64,000 nt of DNA from a bacterium (GTDB taxonomy: Bacteria > Zhuqueibacterota > Zhuqueibacteria > Residuimicrobiales > Krinioviventaceae): assembly GCA_963675755.2 (NCBI GenBank), contig CAXXMD010000003.1:2656001-2720000 (forward strand), written 5' to 3'. Both the position numbers and the translations under genes were made by a program. The notes beneath the pieces are model-generated. The model searched no databases, was not told the DNA's origin, and saw only the letters and a program-made list of their open reading frames with translations. Shown here piece by piece: positions 59,571 to 64,000 of this stretch (its first letter is position 1; every line of letters begins with the position of its first letter).

Positions 59571-62500
59571 ATGAATTATTTTTCTAGAATCGTAATTTTT
59601 CTTTTTGTGGTAACCAGTGCTGCAAGTGCTTTACCCCTGCGATATGGATTTGTGCTGTCAGGTGAGGCAACTGTTTATGCGGATTCGAGTTTAGGTGCGG
59701 AGGTGCTTGAAACACTGCAAATGACAGCCTATCGATATGTTGCAGGTGAAGCGGTTGGTGAGGAATATAATTTTAATTTCAACGGTTGGGCCAAAATCTT
59801 AACCGCAGACAGTACCTGGGGGTGGATTGACTATCAAAATTTATTAATTTCCAGTATGTTGACTTGTTTTGCGGATAAAGATGAACCCCTTTTTCAGGAA
59901 ATCGATCCGAATGGGGAACCTGTTGCTTATCTGAGATCTGACGAACAGCTTCAGATTTTTGATATAGAGTTTGTTGATAATGTGTATTGGTTCAAGGTGA
60001 AATATCGTCAACATAATTACTGGTATAAACCCAAAGAGAATTTACTGGATTTTAATTTGTGGGGCGCTTTATATGCTGCCAGTGAATATATGCTATATGG
60101 AACAAGTTCCTCTGCATGCGACGCATTTATTGAATACCCCGGAATCCGAAATTGGTATCCACATGCAGAAGCTTTTTTGCTGAAATTAAAGTCTATAATT
60201 GATCCTTATGCCGGAATGTATCTATTGCCTATTTACGATGAGTATTTTGATGATTGGCGTGAATATGGCGCTGGTGCTTTTGTAAACCGGGAGCTGGCCC
60301 ATTTTTATGAAACTGTTGAAAACTGGAATGCAGCTATTCAGGTTATGGAAGAAATAGTTGTTAAATATCCCAATCAACAGATACATTTTTATAAAGCAGG
60401 CCCCAGTGTAAGCCTGGATATTGCCCGTATTTACAGATACAAGTTGGGAGATGAAGAAAGGGCAATTGAAAAATATCACTTTGTTATTCAAGAATATCAA
60501 AAGCAGATTATGATCGGATGGGAAAGCGAAGGTTATGCTGATGAATCTGCCGCGGAGATGTTATACTCGATGATTGAATCCAAAACCCCGGAAATTATTT
60601 CAGAGCACGCAAACCGGATGTCAAAGGAAACCCATAACCCGACTGTGAAATTAATAGCAAATAAAGCCAGCGTGTTGGTTAAAATTAAACAAGGTGATAT
60701 TCGTTCAGTAGGTAACTATGTATATGCCGTATTAGAAAGATATCCCAATGAAACAGTTTCTGCCGGAATCAAAGTTCACCGTAACATTTCTGCTGAGATT
60801 CTTGAAATGATGTTTGATTTTTATTACAAGAATCAAGAGTTCGAGATGTGTATTGAATGGACGGATAAAATCCTTGCAGATGTCCCGTCAATATACGCTT
60901 TACACGCCTTTTGTTTGTTTAAAAAAGCAGAGCTTTATGATAATATACATCAGGATAAAGCGTATGCAAGGCATTTTTATGAATCCGCTATCAAAAGTGA
61001 GAAACACTATAACTTTTATTGCAAAGAATCCGGAATTGATTTTAGTGTGTATCATGCTGAAAAACGTTACAGTGTGTTAAACGAGTCTGTATCTGTTGAT
61101 GCAACAGTTTTGTTGGACAGTACCTGGGTTTATAAAATGCGATATGATACAACATCAATCATTAGTGTGTTAAATAAAGATGATCATGTTATCAGACTGT
61201 GTACTGATAATAATATGATAGATTATAATGAAAAGTATTATGTAAAGACACCCCGATTTGCCAAAGTTTTACTTTCGGATTCTACAATCGGCTGGGTGCA
61301 CTCTCGTAATCTGTTTGTAGAATCCCCTGCTACGGGTATAGCTGACAGCAATTCGAAAACCTGGAGTATGCCATATGGAGATTCGCAGAACAATCTATAT
61401 TTCAAGGGACCGGATATTTATAATCCCGCGATATCCGGTGGTGTTTTTGATCAATCGTTTTCCAGTATTCGATTTTCTGATGTAAATCAAGACGGGGTAT
61501 TGGATTATGTACTGGATGGATTTTTGGATAATAGTATTACAACAATAAACGGGAAAAATCATCTTGAAATTGCAAGAATTGGATCTTCATTGCGTGATTG
61601 TTATCCTATCTTTGTAGATAATAAAATTATATTCAAAGATTATGATTATACATATGGGGTTAAACAATTTAAAATAAAATGTTTCGAGTATGGAAATAAA
61701 GCTAGAAAACAATTGTGGGAATTGGATACTGTTGAGGAATCTTTTCCAGTGGTTCATAACAACCACCTATACTATTTTACGTTGGACAGTTTGGTTGCCT
61801 GTGTTGATGTTGCAGACGGCAACCGTGTTTGGAAATCCAAAGGTGCTAACGCAACACCTTTGGCAATCGGTTTGAATAACAAAGCTGTGGTTTTTACCCA
61901 AAAAGGAGCGGTAACGGCGCTTGATCCCAAAACCGGTGAGGAAATCTGGAGTAAGAGTACAAGTAAAGACCTGGATGAGCCAATTCCTGTTTTGGATGAG
62001 AATCATGTGTACACCATGCTGGACAGAAAATATTTAGCCGCAATAAATTTAGAAAGCGGTGAAATTCTTTGGTCAGTTACGCATGTTTATTATTACTCTT
62101 ATCTAAATGATCCATTGCAGCCTATCGTTACTCCGGATTATATTTTATTTTCAGATTCCAATAAACAAATCGTAGTTTTGGACAAGTATACCGGAAAGCT
62201 CTTGTATAGAAAATCTTTTGACCGTTTTATTGATTCGTATTGTATTGGTGGAAACACAATCTATGTACAGTTAACGTACGATAATTACCCCATTAATATA
62301 GACAATAATATTTACGCCTTTAATCTGACTACTGGTAAAGAACAATGGCGCAGATATTTCAGCAATGACGCGCATATTGTTTATCAGGCGGGCAAGCTTT
62401 TTATCTCAGGAGAAAGTGGTGTTGTGATTGTTGAAGATGGTGAAACGCTGGACGCTCCCGCGGATAAAGGTTTTACATTGCACCCCAATTATCCCAATCC

Positions 62501-62744
62501 CTTCAATTTGCGCACGGTCATACAATATGTGCTGTACAATGACAGCCAGGTTAACGTGGATGTGTTTAATGTACTGGGGCAAAAAGTAGCTTCGATAGTT
62601 GATGAAAAACAGCTCAAAGGGGTGTATCATGCTTCCTGGAACGGGCGTACTGAGACAGGCCAGCCGGTAAGCAGCGGTGTATACCTGTGCCGGATAAACG
62701 TCGGGGGAGAGGTTGAAACCCGAACCATGATGTTGTTAAAATAA
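59571..62744 (+). CDS. Secreted multidomain protein: SH3b-like repeats, TPR region, PQQ/BamB-like beta-propeller and FlgD-Ig/T9SS-type C-terminal domain
   Basis: Signal peptide; WAKI..ADSTWGWI and AKV.LSDSTIGWV; helical repeats; A.D..TGE..W blades; NYPNPFN...SSGVY. Confidence 0.75.
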   Translation: MNYFSRIVIFLFVVTSAASALPLRYGFVLSGEATVYADSSLGAEVLETLQMTAYRYVAGEAVGEEYNFNFNGWAKILTADSTWGWIDYQNLLISSMLTCFADKDEPLFQEIDPNGEPVAYLRSDEQLQIFDIEFVDNVYWFKVKYRQHNYWYKPKENLLDFNLWGALYAASEYMLYGTSSSACDAFIEYPGIRNWYPHAEAFLLKLKSIIDPYAGMYLLPIYDEYFDDWREYGAGAFVNRELAHFYETVENWNAAIQVMEEIVVKYPNQQIHFYKAGPSVSLDIARIYRYKLGDEERAIEKYHFVIQEYQKQIMIGWESEGYADESAAEMLYSMIESKTPEIISEHANRMSKETHNPTVKLIANKASVLVKIKQGDIRSVGNYVYAVLERYPNETVSAGIKVHRNISAEILEMMFDFYYKNQEFEMCIEWTDKILADVPSIYALHAFCLFKKAELYDNIHQDKAYARHFYESAIKSEKHYNFYCKESGIDFSVYHAEKRYSVLNESVSVDATVLLDSTWVYKMRYDTTSIISVLNKDDHVIRLCTDNNMIDYNEKYYVKTPRFAKVLLSDSTIGWVHSRNLFVESPATGIADSNSKTWSMPYGDSQNNLYFKGPDIYNPAISGGVFDQSFSSIRFSDVNQDGVLDYVLDGFLDNSITTINGKNHLEIARIGSSLRDCYPIFVDNKIIFKDYDYTYGVKQFKIKCFEYGNKARKQLWELDTVEESFPVVHNNHLYYFTLDSLVACVDVADGNRVWKSKGANATPLAIGLNNKAVVFTQKGAVTALDPKTGEEIWSKSTSKDLDEPIPVLDENHVYTMLDRKYLAAINLESGEILWSVTHVYYYSYLNDPLQPIVTPDYILFSDSNKQIVVLDKYTGKLLYRKSFDRFIDSYCIGGNTIYVQLTYDNYPINIDNNIYAFNLTTGKEQWRRYFSNDAHIVYQAGKLFISGESGVVIVEDGETLDAPADKGFTLHPNYPNPFNLRTVIQYVLYNDSQVNVDVFNVLGQKVASIVDEKQLKGVYHASWNGRTETGQPVSSGVYLCRINVGGEVETRTMMLLK

Positions 62745-62778
62745 AACGCGTAATTGCAAAGGATGGGTAAAGGATTTT

Positions 62779-64000
62779 ATGGGACCGTTTAAGGGGATGT
62801 TGAAAGTAGTATTACCGCTGTTATTAATTTTTTGTGTTGATTCTGGTTTTGGGCAATTGTTATTTCATGGCCTGGGGTATATACCTGAAACTCAACGGGT
62901 GGATTGGAGTTCTGCGGGACTTGTTTCAACTGAAAGACGTGTAGCTGATCATGTGTTTGATGTAACGAAGGAGCCGGGTGAAACACTGTACCAACAGTTT
63001 TATTCCGCATTAGACAAGGCCAGAACATTTTCCGCATTACCTTTTAATGAAATGTCGGTAATCTATTTCCCTGGTGGTGAATATTTTTTGGATTTTCCTA
63101 TATCTTTTTCATATGGTGATAGTAATATAGTCATTCAGGGAAACGGTGCCGGGGGAGAGAATCCCACTGTTTTAAATTTTCAGGTGGGTAATGATAGGAA
63201 TTGTATTGTAGCCAGAGGTTACCCCATTGGAAATGCCGTTCAACTGAATGAGAATATACCCAAGAATACCAATATATTATGTCTTGGCCAGAACAGTCCC
63301 ATAGAGCTTCAAAGGGATGACTGGGTAATATTTTGGGAAGAGGCATTACCCGAGGCTGCAGGATATTCAATTGGGCAGGTAGAGCAAGTCTGTTCAGTAT
63401 CTTTAAATCAAATAAAATTAAAAGAGAGCGCTTCAAAAGACTATTCAATATCTAACCGAATTTGGGTACAGCAAATCAGACCGGTTAAAAATATTGGTAT
63501 AGAGAATCTCAAAATTGTGCGTTTGGATGAAGAAAAATCAACAGAAAATTTGTATGATAAAGGGTGTAATGTCTATTTGCATAATGCGGTCAATTGCTGG
63601 GTCCGGGGTGTTGAATTTGAGCAGACTTGCAGACACCACATTTTTGCTATTTACTGTTCTCATATTGAGATCAGTGGCTGCTATTTTCATGAGTCCCGTT
63701 GCTATGGCGGTAATTCTTATGGTTATGGTGTGATTCTGGCAAACAACAGTACCCATTGTCTCGTTGAAAATAATATTTTTCAGAAATTGCGACATGCCAT
63801 GTCTTTGTCTGTTGGGGCTAATTGTAATGTAGTAGCATTTAATTATTCTACGGATCAGTATTCTACTATGGCTTTTGGCGGGAGTGAAATCAAGTACCCT
63901 GATTCAGATATTTGCATTCATGGTCGTTATTCTTTTGCCAATTTGTACGAGTATAACAGGGTTGTGTTTATTGAAGCAGATGATGTACATGGCAATAATG
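62779..64000 (+). CDS. Secreted right-handed beta-helix (pectate lyase superfamily) protein, truncated by the window end
   Basis: My own translation, open from ATG 62779 (or 62797) to the end: VDWSSAG, IYFPGGEY, NIGIENL.I, NCWVRGVE, GYGV, LVENNIF..LRHAM; absent from the ORF track because there is no stop. Confidence 0.8.
   Translation, partial: MGPFKGMLKVVLPLLLIFCVDSGFGQLLFHGLGYIPETQRVDWSSAGLVSTERRVADHVFDVTKEPGETLYQQFYSALDKARTFSALPFNEMSVIYFPGGEYFLDFPISFSYGDSNIVIQGNGAGGENPTVLNFQVGNDRNCIVARGYPIGNAVQLNENIPKNTNILCLGQNSPIELQRDDWVIFWEEALPEAAGYSIGQVEQVCSVSLNQIKLKESASKDYSISNRIWVQQIRPVKNIGIENLKIVRLDEEKSTENLYDKGCNVYLHNAVNCWVRGVEFEQTCRHHIFAIYCSHIEISGCYFHESRCYGGNSYGYGVILANNSTHCLVENNIFQKLRHAMSLSVGANCNVVAFNYSTDQYSTMAFGGSEIKYPDSDICIHGRYSFANLYEYNRVVFIEADDVHGNN

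Overview
Gene-dense, AT-rich bacterial chromosome segment with no rRNA, tRNA, CRISPR array, integrase or transposase that I can see. Three secreted proteins end in a 'NYPNPFN..T.I' C-terminal domain, which points to an FCB-group lineage such as KSB1 or Calditrichota (inference). Main contents: (1) ychF followed by an 8-gene cluster for an acylated carotenoid glycoside; (2) three CckA-type hybrid sensor kinases, two of which have lost the phospho-accepting His; (3) a TonB-receptor / YfiR / CHASE8-like-HAMP-PAS histidine kinase trio resembling a rewired YfiBNR envelope-sensing module; (4) a tandem triplet of FadL/PorV-like beta-barrel genes bracketed by 33-bp direct repeats, followed by a duplicated lipoprotein pair, REP-like palindromes and a (TACTGAC)n tract; (5) many secreted hydrolases (S8-vWA protease, M64 peptidase, two sulfatases, GHL10, alginate-lyase-like, beta-helix proteins). 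Several genes are broken at homopolymer runs, most likely by sequencing error. All product calls come from motif recognition by eye, not from database searches.
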